Source: Clostridia bacterium (lineage in GTDB: Bacteria > Bacillota > Clostridia > UMGS1883). Taken from it: DNA of 64,000 nt. This document shows, one piece after another, positions 26,244 to 37,257 of the stretch. The translations under genes and the position numbers were made by a program. Where the stretch lies: assembly GCA_017472685.1 (NCBI GenBank), contig JAFUOO010000008.1:6154-70153 (forward strand), written 5' to 3'. The notes under the pieces are model-generated. The model was not told the origin of the DNA and searched no databases. It saw only the letters and a program-made list of their open reading frames with translations. Each line of letters starts with the position of its first letter. Position 1 is the first letter of the stretch.

Positions 26244-26366
26244 ATACGAACATGGGTTTTAGGCAACTTTGTTGTATGATTAAAAATGTTTTATAAAAAG
26301 AAAGGCTTTTGCAAAAAGCAAAAACCTTTCATAAATTCTGCGTTCTGCATTCAGAATTCCACTCTT

Positions 26367-26855
26367 TTAATAGCCCAATGTCTCTCCCATGGAGTCGTCG
26401 TTTTCAATCCATGACTGAACATCCACAACTGCGTATTTATCGTCTGTGTTACGGATAATAACCTTTTCAATGCCTGCATTGATGATTGCCCGCTTGCACA
26501 TTGCACAGCTTGATGCGCCTGCAACGTATTCGCCTGTTTCCATATCCTTTCCTGCAAGATACAAGGTTGCACCCATCATGTCACGGCGGGAAGCGGAAAT
26601 AATAGCGTTTTCCTCGGCGTGAACACTGCGACAGAGCTCATAGCGCTGACCGCGGGGAATGTTCATTGCGTTACGGCGGCAGTAGCCCAGGTCGATACAG
26701 TTCTTTCTGCCGCGGGGTGCGCCTGTGTAGCCTGTGGAAATAATTTCATCATTCTTTACAATGATTGCACCGTAGTTGCGGCGGAGGCATGTGCCTCGCT
26801 CTAAAACAACTGTTGCAATATCAAGATAATAATTTGTTTTGTCACGTCTTTGCAT
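26367..26855 (-). CDS. comEB: deoxycytidylate (dCMP) deaminase
   Basis: Zinc-binding HAEENAI and CAMCKRAI motifs. Confidence 0.85.
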   Translation of the reverse strand: MQRRDKTNYYLDIATVVLERGTCLRRNYGAIIVKNDEIISTGYTGAPRGRKNCIDLGYCRRNAMNIPRGQRYELCRSVHAEENAIISASRRDMMGATLYLAGKDMETGEYVAGASSCAMCKRAIINAGIEKVIIRNTDDKYAVVDVQSWIENDDSMGETLGY

Positions 26856-26868
26856 AACTGAAAATCTC

Positions 26869-28293
26869 CTATCTGATTACGATTTTGGAAGCATAGATAA
26901 TGCCGTCCTTTATTGTGCCTGTTGCGATAATGTGGTCTGCAGGCTCGAGGGCGAGAAAATCAACCTTTTCGCCGGAAATGCCGTTGTAAATAGCGGCGCC
27001 TGTTTCAATGTACAAGGACTTTTCGCTCACTGCACCTGTTTCGGAATTTGTAACAGACAGATAAACCTGACGGTTTGTAACGCTGAGCTTTGTGACTATG
27101 CCTTCCGCAATAACTGTTTCTGTATATGCATCGGAGGGTGCTGTTGCATATACAACAACCACCTTGCCGTTTGCAAATTCAAGCTTTACGTTGTAGCCCA
27201 CACGCAAATCATAAACTGTGGATGCCACGTGATTTACGTAAATTGCCGATGCGGCAGAAAGGGTGTATTCCACATCGTTAACCACAACAGAGCACTCGTC
27301 ACTGAGAGTTATTGTTGTAATTACGCCTTCAACAGGGTCAACGGGAACAAAAACTGCATCTTCCTTTTCAACGCCGTTCCAGCGGTTGTCCTCGGTGTTG
27401 ACAACTTCAATATCTGCAAGAGTGTTGTTTATGTAGAAGAATGCCACGTCTGCACCTGTGGCAATTGCCTTTACGTTATCTGTTTCATAACCGTCAACAT
27501 AAAGGTTTACGTCCTTGGGAACAGCGTAAATTGTTGGTGTTCCCGAAGCGTTGCTGAAGGTTATTGTGTTGTTTGTTTTGTTTTTGCCCACGATTTTGCC
27601 GAAGGATACACTTGTTTCGAATTTGTCGAGCACACGGTACAAAAGCACTGCCATCTGAGCTCTTGTTACAGAGTCGTAAGGCTTGAAGTAAATGTCCTCA
27701 GGGTGCTCGGGGTCGTATATACCCTGCATGAGAGAAGCATTTGTAACGTATTCAACATAGGGTGTTGCCGTATAGGGAATTTCACCTGCATCGGAATATG
27801 TAAGTGTGTATGTGCCGCTTTTGTTGATGCTTCCATCGGCACGGATAAGCTTTGTTAAAAGGATTGCCATTTCATAGCGGAGAAGAGGTGAGTTTGCGCG
27901 GTCTTCTGCAATGTAGCCCGCAAGCTCTTCTTCTGTGAGCACACCCTTGTAAAGAAGGTATGCAACCTCGTTGGGATAGAGCGTGTTGTATGCGCTCACA
28001 ACATCCTTATAACGCTCTGCCGCCATTTCCTTGAAGGTTGAATAGTCCTCGGTGATGTAGCCTGCAACACGGGCAGTAAGAACTAACGCTTCTGTTTTTG
28101 TGATGGCGCGCTCCGGACGGAAGGTGCCGTCTGTATAGCCTTTTATAATGCCCAACGTAGTCATGGCTTCAATCTGAGGCTCTGCCCATGCGTGGAACTG
28201 ATTGACATCGGAAAAGCTCGATGCTGCAAGGGCACTTACGGAGCCCAGAAGCATAGCGCAGGAAACTGCCAGAGCAATAATTCGTTTTTTCAT
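26869..28293 (-). CDS. S-layer homology (SLH) domain cell-surface protein
   Basis: ATG 28293 follows GGAGG. Signal peptide MKKRIIALAVSCAMLLGSVSALA. SLH repeats are present (FSDVNQFHAWAEPQIEAMTTLGIIKGYTDGTFRPERAITKTEAL...). Confidence 0.8.
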   Translation of the reverse strand: MKKRIIALAVSCAMLLGSVSALAASSFSDVNQFHAWAEPQIEAMTTLGIIKGYTDGTFRPERAITKTEALVLTARVAGYITEDYSTFKEMAAERYKDVVSAYNTLYPNEVAYLLYKGVLTEEELAGYIAEDRANSPLLRYEMAILLTKLIRADGSINKSGTYTLTYSDAGEIPYTATPYVEYVTNASLMQGIYDPEHPEDIYFKPYDSVTRAQMAVLLYRVLDKFETSVSFGKIVGKNKTNNTITFSNASGTPTIYAVPKDVNLYVDGYETDNVKAIATGADVAFFYINNTLADIEVVNTEDNRWNGVEKEDAVFVPVDPVEGVITTITLSDECSVVVNDVEYTLSAASAIYVNHVASTVYDLRVGYNVKLEFANGKVVVVYATAPSDAYTETVIAEGIVTKLSVTNRQVYLSVTNSETGAVSEKSLYIETGAAIYNGISGEKVDFLALEPADHIIATGTIKDGIIYASKIVIR

Positions 28294-28483
28294 TATGTAA
28301 TCCTCCATAAAAAATATCTTCTACATATCAGCATATCATATTGCAAGGAAAACTTCAATAAAAATTCGACTAAATAAGTATTAAAATTTCGTTAAATTAA
28401 GGTAACTTTACAAAATGTTAATTTGACTTTTTATGTAATTGTGATATACTTTAGTCTACAATAAATTATTGGAGTATGATACT

Positions 28484-30724
28484 ATGCTTTGTACACGGTG
28501 TAAGAAAAATCCTGCGATGATATTTATGACTCGTATGGAAGGCGATAAAAGTGTAAACGAGAGCCTTTGCCTGCCCTGCGCCAAGGAAATGGGGCTTAAT
28601 TTAGGCAAAATGATGGGCGACATCAACCCCGAAGAGCTCTCTATGATAGAAAACGAAATGATGGATGCAATTAATTCAGCTGATTTGCCCACAGAGGATA
28701 TATCCGGAGGAATTATGAGCATTATGAATAATTTGTTCTCGGGTGGCGGAGAAAAGCCCATGATGCCGCCGCATCCCTCCGCAAAGAGGGAAAAAAGAGG
28801 CAAAAAGGGTGAGGAGGATAAGCGGATTATTGACTCCTACGGCGAAAACCTCACCAAAAAAGCCATGGCAGGTAAACTTGACAAGGTTATCGGCAGAGAT
28901 CAAGAAATTGACAGAATGATTCAGGTTTTAAACCGCAGAACAAAGAACAATCCTGCGCTTATCGGTGAGCCCGGTGTTGGTAAAACAGCCGTTGCCGAGG
29001 GCTTAGCTGAAAGGATTGTTTCAAATCAGGTGCCAGTAAAGCTTAGAGACAAAGAGGTTTATCTTTTAGACTTTACGGCAATTGTAGCAGGCACGCAGTA
29101 CCGCGGTCAGTTTGAAGCAAGGCTCAAGGCAATTGTGGACGAGGTTAAAAAGCTGGGAAACATTATCCTTGTTATTGACGAGCTTCACAACATTGTGGGC
29201 GCAGGCGATGCAGAGGGCGCAATGAGTGCGGCTAATATCCTAAAGCCGGCTTTGGCACGCGGTGATATTCAGGTTATAGGTGCAACAACCCTTTCTGAAT
29301 ACCGCAAGCACATTGAAAAGGACAGCGCTCTCGAGCGAAGATTTCAGCCCATTATTATCGAAGAGCCCTCCGTTGCCGAAACAATTGAAATTTTAAAAGG
29401 TATCAGAGGCTATTACGAAAATTACCACCAGGTCAAGATAACAGACGAGGTTATCGAAAAGGCAGCCATCCTTTCCGAAAGATATATAACAGACCGCTTT
29501 TTACCCGACAAGGCAATTGACCTTATCGACGAGGCGGGAAGCCGTGCGAATTTGAAAAACAAGGCATTGGCAACAATTTTTGAATTAAGGAAGCAGCTTG
29601 AGCTTATAAAAAAGGAAAAGGATACAGCCGCAAACGAGGATTCTATCGAGGATTATCAGAAGGCGGCTGACTTAAAAATGCAGGAATGCTCCATACAGCA
29701 GTCCATTGACAAGATAACAGAGGACATGGAGGATGTGTACCTTACTGTTGAGGATATTGCAACGGTTATTGAGCTGCAGACAAAAATCCCCGTCAAGAAA
29801 ATAACCGAGGAAGAAACAAAGAGGCTCTTAGAGCTTGAGGATAACCTTCACAAGCGGATAATCGGTCAGAACGATGCTGTTAATGCGGTTGCACGCACAA
29901 TTCGCAGAAAAAGAGCTGCGCTCTCCAAAAAGAAGCGTCCTGCAAGCTTTATTTTCGTAGGTCCCACAGGTGTTGGTAAAACAGAAACCGTTAAGGCATT
30001 GGCGTGTGAGCTTTTTGAAAGCGAAGAGGCTTTAATCCGTGTTGACATGACAGAATACATGGAAAAGCATGCGGTTAGTAGGCTTATAGGCTCGCCTCCG
30101 GGCTATGTGGGCTACGACGATGCAGGTCAGCTTACCGAAAAGGTAAGACGAAAGCCCTACAGCGTAATCCTTTTTGATGAAATTGAAAAGGCGCATCCCG
30201 ATGTGATGAACATTATGCTCCAGATACTTGACGACGGCAGGGTAACGGACAGCCACGGCAAGGTGGTAAGCTTTGAAAACACTGTTATTGTTATGACAAG
30301 TAACGCAGGCAGCAGCTATTCCTCATCTGCGTTGGGCTTCGGCAAAACAGAGGCAGATGCTTCTAAAACAAGAGCAATGGAAGCCTTGAAAAAGTTCCTC
30401 CGCCCCGAGTTTTTAAACCGTGTTGACGAGGTTATTGTGTTCAATCCCCTTTCAAAGAACGAGCTTATTGAGATTGTTGAGCTCATGATAGGCGAAATTG
30501 CCTCAATGGCATCTGAACGTGGTATGAACATATCTGTCAGCGACGAGGTGAAGGAAATCCTTTGTGAAAAGGGCTTTGATTCTGCGATGGGCGCAAGGCC
30601 GCTCCGCAGGCTTGTAAGTAAAGAAATAGAAGACAGATTAGCCGAGATTGTTATACGCGGTGAAAGACCCGAGTTTGTGGACTTTACGGTGGAAAACGGT
30701 GAAATTAAAACAAGCGTACGTTAG
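28484..30724 (+). CDS. Clp/Hsp100 class double-AAA+ ATPase (ClpC-like) with an N-terminal CxxC...CxxC segment
   Basis: Two Walker A sites ([16 protein letters not shown]), a short UVR-like middle region and the ClpB_D2-small C-terminus. The N-terminus is [14 protein letters not shown]...[10 protein letters not shown] rather than Clp_N repeats. Confidence 0.85.
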   Translation: MLCTRCKKNPAMIFMTRMEGDKSVNESLCLPCAKEMGLNLGKMMGDINPEELSMIENEMMDAINSADLPTEDISGGIMSIMNNLFSGGGEKPMMPPHPSAKREKRGKKGEEDKRIIDSYGENLTKKAMAGKLDKVIGRDQEIDRMIQVLNRRTKNNPALIGEPGVGKTAVAEGLAERIVSNQVPVKLRDKEVYLLDFTAIVAGTQYRGQFEARLKAIVDEVKKLGNIILVIDELHNIVGAGDAEGAMSAANILKPALARGDIQVIGATTLSEYRKHIEKDSALERRFQPIIIEEPSVAETIEILKGIRGYYENYHQVKITDEVIEKAAILSERYITDRFLPDKAIDLIDEAGSRANLKNKALATIFELRKQLELIKKEKDTAANEDSIEDYQKAADLKMQECSIQQSIDKITEDMEDVYLTVEDIATVIELQTKIPVKKITEEETKRLLELEDNLHKRIIGQNDAVNAVARTIRRKRAALSKKKRPASFIFVGPTGVGKTETVKALACELFESEEALIRVDMTEYMEKHAVSRLIGSPPGYVGYDDAGQLTEKVRRKPYSVILFDEIEKAHPDVMNIMLQILDDGRVTDSHGKVVSFENTVIVMTSNAGSSYSSSALGFGKTEADASKTRAMEALKKFLRPEFLNRVDEVIVFNPLSKNELIEIVELMIGEIASMASERGMNISVSDEVKEILCEKGFDSAMGARPLRRLVSKEIEDRLAEIVIRGERPEFVDFTVENGEIKTSVR

Positions 30725-30838
30725 TGCGCTTGTTTTTTTACGCGGAATTTACATACTATCAGTTTCACAATTAACATATATTGATTTAAAATGAAGCCGT
30801 ACTCAGGAAAATAAAAAATTTAAGGAGTGATTTTTATC

Positions 30839-31642
30839 ATGAAGAAATTAACATGTATTGTTGCAGTAGTCCTTGCAATTGCATGCCTTGCAGGCTGCAC
30901 GGGCAATTCGGAAGCTACAGTCACAACAGACGGCTCCACATCTATGGAAAAGGTAATAGGCTATCTCAGTGAAGCTTATATGGAAGAAAATGAGAATGTA
31001 AAGGTTACATACAATCCCACAGGCTCAGGCTCAGGTATTCAGGCTGTGTTGGAAGGCAGATGTGACATTGGGCTCTCCAGCCGTAACTTAAAGAGCGAAG
31101 AGGCAGAAAACCTCAATGGCACAGTTGTTGCCATTGACGGTATCGCCGTAATCGTTAACCCCGAAAATGTGGTTTCTGACCTTACTATAGAACAGATTGG
31201 CGCAATTTATAAGGGCGAAATTACTAACTGGAGTGAGGTTGGCGGTGCTGATGCACCTATCGTATTAATCGGGCGTGAAGCAGCAAGCGGAACACGTGAC
31301 GGTTTTGAGTCTATCACAGACACGGAGGATATGTGCAAATACAACCAGGAATTAACAAGCACAGGTGACGTAGTACAGAGTGTTGCATCAAACCCCAATG
31401 CAATCGGTTACGCATCACTTGCAAGCGTTAAGGATACTGTAAAGGCAATAAGCGTAGAGGGAGTTAAGATCTCAACAGAAACTATCCAGAGCGGTAAGTA
31501 CAAAATTCAGCGTAATTTTATATTCGTAACAAAGAAGAATAGTGAATTAAGCGAAAGCGCACAGGCATTTTTCAACTTTGCAACAAGCAAAGAAGCAGAC
31601 GAATTTATTATAAGTGCAGGTGCAGTACCTGTAAAAAGGTAA
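30839..31642 (+). CDS. pstS: phosphate ABC transporter substrate-binding lipoprotein
   Basis: Lipobox LAGC, the TDGSTSMEKV...NPTGSGSG motif, and operon context. Confidence 0.9.
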   Translation: MKKLTCIVAVVLAIACLAGCTGNSEATVTTDGSTSMEKVIGYLSEAYMEENENVKVTYNPTGSGSGIQAVLEGRCDIGLSSRNLKSEEAENLNGTVVAIDGIAVIVNPENVVSDLTIEQIGAIYKGEITNWSEVGGADAPIVLIGREAASGTRDGFESITDTEDMCKYNQELTSTGDVVQSVASNPNAIGYASLASVKDTVKAISVEGVKISTETIQSGKYKIQRNFIFVTKKNSELSESAQAFFNFATSKEADEFIISAGAVPVKR

Positions 31643-31652
31643 GGAGTGACCT

Positions 31653-32522
31653 ATGAAAAGAGCGGCAGATTTTATTGAAAAGCTTACAAGTGTTATATTC
31701 ACACTCTGCGGATTTTTAGCAATAGCCTTTGTTGTTCTTATTACCGGGTTTTTAGTAATGCAGGGAACTCCTGCAATCGGTAAAATCGGCATAGCAGAAT
31801 TTCTTTTCGGAAGGGTTTGGGCATCTACTGCCCAAACACCTTCCTTTGGCATTTTACCTTTTATTTTAACTTCGGTGTACGGAACAGTGGGCGCGGTTAT
31901 TCTTGGGGTGCCAATCGGCATTCTTTGCGCAATATTTATAGCAAAAATGGCAAACGGCAAGATGGCATCCTTCATAAGAGGTGCGGTTGACCTTCTTTCG
32001 GGCATTCCTTCTGTTGTTTACGGTCTGGTAGGTATGATTGTAATTGTGCCTTTTGTACGTGAGGCGTTCAATCTGCCTGACGGCGCAACCTTATTCTCCG
32101 CAATAATTGTTCTTGGTGTAATGATACTGCCGGGGGTTATTTCTGTATCGGAAACTGCAATACGTGCTGTGCCAAAAGAGTACGAAGAGGCATCTTTAGC
32201 GCTGGGAGCAAGCAAAACGGAAACAGTGTTCAAGGTTGTTGTTCCCGCTGCAAAAAGCGGCATATTGACAGGCGTGGTTCTTGGTATAGGCAGAAGCATA
32301 GGCGAAGCAATGGCTGTTATGATGGTGTCGGGTAATGTGGCAAATATGCCGGGATTATTTAAAAGCGTGCGCTTTCTGACAACTGCCGTGGCAAGCGAAA
32401 TGTCGTACTCCTCGGGACTTCAGCGGGAAGCGCTGTTTTCTGTGGCGCTGGTACTATTTGTGTTCATAATGATAATAAACCTCATACTTAATTTTGTGGT
32501 GAAAAGAGATAAGGAGGGTTAA
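31653..32522 (+). CDS. pstC: phosphate ABC transporter permease PstC
   Basis: Polytopic permease carrying the EAA-type loop (EYEEASLALGASKTET). It sits between pstS and pstA. Confidence 0.9.
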   Translation: MKRAADFIEKLTSVIFTLCGFLAIAFVVLITGFLVMQGTPAIGKIGIAEFLFGRVWASTAQTPSFGILPFILTSVYGTVGAVILGVPIGILCAIFIAKMANGKMASFIRGAVDLLSGIPSVVYGLVGMIVIVPFVREAFNLPDGATLFSAIIVLGVMILPGVISVSETAIRAVPKEYEEASLALGASKTETVFKVVVPAAKSGILTGVVLGIGRSIGEAMAVMMVSGNVANMPGLFKSVRFLTTAVASEMSYSSGLQREALFSVALVLFVFIMIINLILNFVVKRDKEG

Positions 32523-32523
32523 T

Positions 32524-33393
32524 GTGACAGAAAAAATCTCAGGCAAGAGAAAACTTAAATGTGTTATTTTAAATGGGCTGATGTATATGGCTGTAGGCGT
32601 TATTTTGCTCATTCTTGCAGGTGTAATCGGCTACATACTCTACCGTGGCTTGGGTGGAATAAATTTAGATTTTCTCACGAATAAGCCCAGCTTACTTTAC
32701 GGCACCGTGGGTATACTGCCCAATATTTTAAATACGGTGTACATTATTTTAATAACTCTTATTATTGTTCTGCCCATAGGTGTGGGTGCGGCAATTTACC
32801 TTAACGAATACGCCACAAATAAAAAAGTTGTGCGCATAATTGAGCTTGCAACTGAAACGCTTTCAGGCATACCTTCAATTATTTACGGCTTGGTGGGAAT
32901 GCTCATATTTGTAACATTTCTTAAACTGGAAACAAGCCTTATTGCAGGCAGTCTTACCTTGGTTATAATGACCCTGCCCACTATTATAAGAACAACGCAG
33001 GAAAGTTTAAAGACCGTGCCCAATGGCTACAGGGAAGGCTCACTTGCATTAGGTGCAGGCAAGTGGTACATGATAAAGTCTGTTGTACTGCCCTCTGCAA
33101 TTGACGGAATTGTAACAGGTTGTATTCTTTCCGTGGGCAGAATTGTGGGCGAGAGTGCGGCACTGCTCTTTACTGCCGGCATGGCAAACGAGGTGCTTGG
33201 CATAGGTGAGTTCTTTTTGCCAAAAAAGGCAGGCTCTACCCTGACTGTTGCCCTGTATATGTATGCAAAGGAGCGCGGTGAGTTTGAAATTGCATTTTCT
33301 ATTGCAGCGATACTTCTTGTACTTACCTTTGTTATAAACATAAGTGCAAAAATAGCGGCAAAACTTCTGAAAAAGAAAGGGGCTAACCCATGA
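32524..33393 (+). CDS. pstA: phosphate ABC transporter permease PstA
   Basis: GTG start after AAGGAGGG. Permease with [13 protein letters not shown]. Confidence 0.9.
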   Translation: MTEKISGKRKLKCVILNGLMYMAVGVILLILAGVIGYILYRGLGGINLDFLTNKPSLLYGTVGILPNILNTVYIILITLIIVLPIGVGAAIYLNEYATNKKVVRIIELATETLSGIPSIIYGLVGMLIFVTFLKLETSLIAGSLTLVIMTLPTIIRTTQESLKTVPNGYREGSLALGAGKWYMIKSVVLPSAIDGIVTGCILSVGRIVGESAALLFTAGMANEVLGIGEFFLPKKAGSTLTVALYMYAKERGEFEIAFSIAAILLVLTFVINISAKIAAKLLKKKGANP

Positions 33394-34142
33394 AAAATAA
33401 AATTGATGCAAAAAATCTGAATTTATGGTATGGAACAAATCAGGCACTTAAAGAAATAAATATAAGTCTTTCCGAAAGGGAAATAACCGCACTTATAGGT
33501 CCTTCAGGTTGCGGTAAGTCCACCTTTTTAAAAAGCATTAACCGCATGAATGACTTAGTTGAAGGCTGCAACATTAAAGGGGAAATACTTTTGGACGGAA
33601 CGGACGTTTATAAAAATATGGACGTTAATATTTTAAGAAAAAGGGTGGGCATGGTTTTCCAAAAGCCCAATCCCTTCCCCATGAGCATTTACGACAATAT
33701 TGCGTACGGACCGAGAATTCACGGCGTAAAATCAAAGGTCAAGCTGGACGAAATTGTGGAAAAATCTCTCAGACAGGCGGCAATATGGGACGAATGCAAG
33801 GACAGATTGAAAAAGAGTGCGTTAGGCATGAGCGGCGGTCAGCAACAGAGGCTTTGCATTGCCAGAGCCTTGTCTGTAGAGCCTGAGGTTATCCTTATGG
33901 ACGAACCCACAAGCGCTCTTGACCCCATATCCACATCAAAAATTGAGGACCTTGTAATTGAACTGAAGGAAAAATATACAATTGTAATGGTAACACATAA
34001 CATGCAGCAGGCGGTAAGAATTGCCGATAAAACAGCGTTTTTCCTTATGGGTGAGATTGTGGAGTTTGACAGTACGGAGAAAATGTTCTCCTATCCTAAA
34101 GACAAGCGGACAGAAGATTATATAACAGGGAGGTTTGGCTGA
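33390..34142 (+). CDS. pstB: phosphate ABC transporter ATP-binding protein
   Basis: Walker [10 protein letters not shown], signature SGGQQQRL and Walker B ILMDEP. Confidence 0.95.
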   Translation: MKNKIDAKNLNLWYGTNQALKEINISLSEREITALIGPSGCGKSTFLKSINRMNDLVEGCNIKGEILLDGTDVYKNMDVNILRKRVGMVFQKPNPFPMSIYDNIAYGPRIHGVKSKVKLDEIVEKSLRQAAIWDECKDRLKKSALGMSGGQQQRLCIARALSVEPEVILMDEPTSALDPISTSKIEDLVIELKEKYTIVMVTHNMQQAVRIADKTAFFLMGEIVEFDSTEKMFSYPKDKRTEDYITGRFG

Positions 34143-34807
34143 TGAGACAGAGGTTTGCACAGCAACTTGACGAATTGAATAATGAGCTGATAACAATGGG
34201 CGCATTGTGCGAGGAGGCCATAGAAAATAGTGTAAAATATCTTTTTGACAGCGAAAAAGCTCTCCGCGAAACCGTTGAGGAAACAGAAAAGCAGATAAAT
34301 CAAAAGGAAAGAGAAATTGAGAGCATTTGTATGCGCCTGTTGATGCAGCAACAGCCCGTGGCAAGCGATTTGAGGGTTATATCCTCGGCATTGAAAATGA
34401 TTTCTGACATGGAAAGAATAGGCGATCAGGCACTTGACATTGCATCCATTGCCATTTACATTGAGAACAGCGGTATCAGCGGTAAGGTGCATATAGCGGA
34501 CATGGCAAAGGAAACCATGAAAATGGTGGGTGAAAGCATAAACGCTTTTGTTAAGAAGGATATTAAAGCTGCACGCAATGTAATACACCACGACGATGTT
34601 GTGGATAACCTTTTCAAAAAGGTGAAGCATGAGCTTATTGAAGAGGTGCAGAAGGGCGGCGATGACGCGGAGGCTCTTGTTGATATGGTTATGGTAGCAA
34701 AATATTTTGAAAGAATAGGCGACCATGCTGAAAATATTGCCGAGTGGGTTATTTATTCCATAACAGGAAGTCATATTTATGCAGAAAAAATTGATTTTGA
34801 AAATTGA
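34142..34807 (+). CDS. phoU: phosphate signalling complex protein PhoU
   Basis: Two PhoU repeats (DLRVISSALKMISDMERIGD and VMVAKYFERIGDHAENIAE). Confidence 0.9.
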   Translation: MRQRFAQQLDELNNELITMGALCEEAIENSVKYLFDSEKALRETVEETEKQINQKEREIESICMRLLMQQQPVASDLRVISSALKMISDMERIGDQALDIASIAIYIENSGISGKVHIADMAKETMKMVGESINAFVKKDIKAARNVIHHDDVVDNLFKKVKHELIEEVQKGGDDAEALVDMVMVAKYFERIGDHAENIAEWVIYSITGSHIYAEKIDFEN

Positions 34808-34838
34808 ATGATATATAATGAGTGTGGAGGTGTTCAGG

Positions 34839-35522
34839 ATGATTTATTTTGTGGAAGATGACACTAATGTACGCAAACTTGTGTGTTATGCCCTGGCAAA
34901 AGAGGGCTATGAGGTTAAAGACTTTGGGCGCCCCGGCGAATTCTGGGCGGAACTTAATGCAGATAACTGCCCTCCGGATTTGTTTTTGCTTGATTTAATG
35001 CTTCCTGAGGAGGACGGATTGAATATTCTTGAAACCTTGCAGAACGACACGAAATACGAAAATATCCCTGTTGTTATATTGACTGCCAAGGCGAGTGAAT
35101 ACGACACTGTAACAGGACTTGACATGGGCGCCGACGATTATATATCAAAGCCCTTTGGTGTTACGGAGCTGGTTGCACGTATACGTGCGGTGCTGCGCCG
35201 TTACGGAAAGGTTAAAAGCGATAAGGAATACCGTGTGGCAAATCTTTATGTAAACCCATCAAAGCATATTATAGAGGTGGACGGAGAAGAGGTTACACTT
35301 TCCTATAAGGAATATTCTCTCCTTGTGGCACTTCTGGAGGCAGAGGGCAAGGTTGTCAAGCGCGATACCTTGCTGAGTAAAGTATGGGGAGAATTTTACG
35401 ACGAATCCCGAACACTTGATGTGCATATAAGAAAACTGAGAGTTAAATTAAAGAGTGCAGGCGAATTGATCCATACAGTTAAAAACATAGGCTATAAGCT
35501 GGGGAGGGAAGTGAATGAATAA
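34839..35522 (+). CDS. phoP: OmpR-family response regulator (phosphate regulon)
   Basis: ATG 34839 follows GGAGG. It has a receiver domain (FLLDLMLPEEDG) and a winged-helix C-terminus. It is adjacent to pst and to a PhoR-like kinase. Confidence 0.8.
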   Translation: MIYFVEDDTNVRKLVCYALAKEGYEVKDFGRPGEFWAELNADNCPPDLFLLDLMLPEEDGLNILETLQNDTKYENIPVVILTAKASEYDTVTGLDMGADDYISKPFGVTELVARIRAVLRRYGKVKSDKEYRVANLYVNPSKHIIEVDGEEVTLSYKEYSLLVALLEAEGKVVKRDTLLSKVWGEFYDESRTLDVHIRKLRVKLKSAGELIHTVKNIGYKLGREVNE

Positions 35523-37167
35523 AAAGATATTTTTATCGGGCTTTCTCACCTCAATGCTTGTGCTTTTCATAACGGTGGGGATGATTTTCGGCATGCTCTT
35601 TAACCAGTTTGAAGACCAGATTGTGCAGGAGTTAAAAAGTGAAGCAATATATATTTCCTACGCAGTTGAAGCCGACGGAAAGCAGGTTATCCATAATTTT
35701 AATAATAATAACAAGCGAATTACACTTGTTGATAAAAATGGTATTGTTATTGCCGATACTCTGGCGGATATTTCAAATCTTGACAATCACTCTGACAGAA
35801 AAGAAATTAAAGATGCCATGGAGCAGGGCTGGGGCACCAGTAGCCGATATTCCGACACTTTAATGGAAAGAACTCTGTACTATGCGGTTAAGATGGAAAA
35901 CGGAAGCATACTTCGTGTTTCCACAACACAAAACTCGGTAGTAGTTGTTCTCATAGAGCTCTTGCAGCCTCTTATTCTGATTGTTATTGTGGCATTGGTT
36001 TTATCGTTTCTTTTATCCAAAAGGGTTTCAAATGCAATTGTGAAGCCTATCAATAATCTTGATCTTGAAAACCCTGCAAGTAATGTTGTGTACGACGAAC
36101 TCACACCGCTCTTGAGAAAGCTATCGGCGCAGAAAATAACTATCGACAATCAGATAAAGGAAGCCATGCAAAAGCAGGAAGAGTTCAGACTTATTACCGA
36201 AAACATGAGTGAAGGTCTTCTGATGATTGATGCCTATACAAATGTACTCATGTACAACAAAGCGGCACTGAGACTTCTGGGCATTGAAAAAATTGCAAAC
36301 ACAAGCATTCTGGTTATAAACAGAAAAAAGAGCTTCCGTGATGTAGTGAACAAGGCTATCAGTGGTGAGCGATGCGAGGAAACACTTTTATTTGAAGACA
36401 GAAGCTACGACCTTATTGCTACACCTGTTTATGAAGAAAACAAGGTTATAGGCGCGGTTATAATGATTGTCGATGTGACTGAACGCGAAAAACGCGAACA
36501 GCTGAGGCGCGAGTTTACATCCAATGTATCTCACGAGCTTAAGACACCTCTTACATCAATTTCAGGATTTGCAGAAATGATTAAGGCAGGCGACATGCCC
36601 ATGGAAACAATTGTGGATTTTTCACAGTCAATTTATGACGAGGCACAGCGCCTGACAGGACTTGTTTCAGATATTATCAAAATAAGCGAAATAAGTGAAA
36701 AGCCTGCAGGTGAAGAAAAGGACGAGGTAAGCTTAAGGGCGGTATGCGAAAATGCACTTAAAACCCTTAAGCCCATTGCCGACAAAAGAGGTATAACACT
36801 TAATCTCGATGGTGAAGAGGCAGTAATAACAGGCTCGGGTAAAATTCTAAAGGAAATGATTTTCAACCTCTGTGATAACGCTGTTAAGTACAACAAGGAG
36901 CATGGCGAGGTGAATGTTACAATAACTCAAACGGATAAAGCCATAAGGCTGACAGTTTCAGATACGGGCATAGGAATTCCATCGCTTCACCATGAAAGAG
37001 TTTTTGAACGTTTTTACCGCGTGGATAAGAGCCACTCGAAATCTGTTGAGGGAACAGGGTTGGGGCTTGCAATTGTAAAACACGGTGCACTGTATCACAA
37101 TGCAGAAATAGAGCTTGAAAGCATTGAGGGCGAGGGCACAAGCATAAGCTTGGTTTTTAATAGGTAA
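35515..37167 (+). CDS. phoR: sensor histidine kinase (PhoR-like)
   Basis: Two TM helices, a PAS-like region, H-box SHELKTPLTSI and HATPase_c (GTGLGLAIVKH). Confidence 0.8.
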   Translation: MNKKIFLSGFLTSMLVLFITVGMIFGMLFNQFEDQIVQELKSEAIYISYAVEADGKQVIHNFNNNNKRITLVDKNGIVIADTLADISNLDNHSDRKEIKDAMEQGWGTSSRYSDTLMERTLYYAVKMENGSILRVSTTQNSVVVVLIELLQPLILIVIVALVLSFLLSKRVSNAIVKPINNLDLENPASNVVYDELTPLLRKLSAQKITIDNQIKEAMQKQEEFRLITENMSEGLLMIDAYTNVLMYNKAALRLLGIEKIANTSILVINRKKSFRDVVNKAISGERCEETLLFEDRSYDLIATPVYEENKVIGAVIMIVDVTEREKREQLRREFTSNVSHELKTPLTSISGFAEMIKAGDMPMETIVDFSQSIYDEAQRLTGLVSDIIKISEISEKPAGEEKDEVSLRAVCENALKTLKPIADKRGITLNLDGEEAVITGSGKILKEMIFNLCDNAVKYNKEHGEVNVTITQTDKAIRLTVSDTGIGIPSLHHERVFERFYRVDKSHSKSVEGTGLGLAIVKHGALYHNAEIELESIEGEGTSISLVFNR

Positions 37168-37172
37168 AGCAT

Positions 37173-37205
37173 AAAAAATGACGTGTCTGACACGTCATTT
37201 TTTTG
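37173..37205 (+). terminator. terminator of the pho operon
   Basis: AAAAAATGACGTG tctga CACGTCATTTTTTT. Confidence 0.85.
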
Positions 37206-37257
37206 CGTTCTATTTTCACCTTGTTTTCATATAAATGGAAACAAGGGAGGACAGAAC

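Noticed and set aside
26036-26296. 86-aa plus-strand ORF across the REP-like element
   Set aside because: It is generated by the G+C-rich palindromes (..GEGLCALPMYTFIYGRAWKPAPTG..). It starts inside the GH2 gene and has no translation signals.
26839-27858. 339-aa plus-strand ORF antisense to the SLH protein gene
   Set aside because: It has a Cys/Val/Asn-rich artefactual composition and no SD. The opposite strand encodes a protein with a signal peptide and SLH repeats.
28309-28483. CtsR operator upstream of the ClpC-like gene
   Set aside because: Only a single GTCAAA half-site-like hexamer is present on the minus strand. The tandem heptad GGTCAAA-N-A-N-GGTCAAA is absent.
30748-30776. Possible PhoP boxes (TTTACA, TTCACA, TTAACA) upstream of pstS
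   Set aside because: The hexamers resemble the TT(A/T/C)ACA Pho-box unit. Their spacing (16 and 7 nt) does not follow the 11-bp periodicity expected for PhoP dimer arrays, so the match is too weak to call.
34118-34774. 218-aa minus-strand ORF antisense to phoU, and similarly 41505-42326 antisense to the CNNM/CBS gene
   Set aside because: They are nested antisense to conserved genes. They have no SD and an atypical His/Asn/Cys-rich composition.
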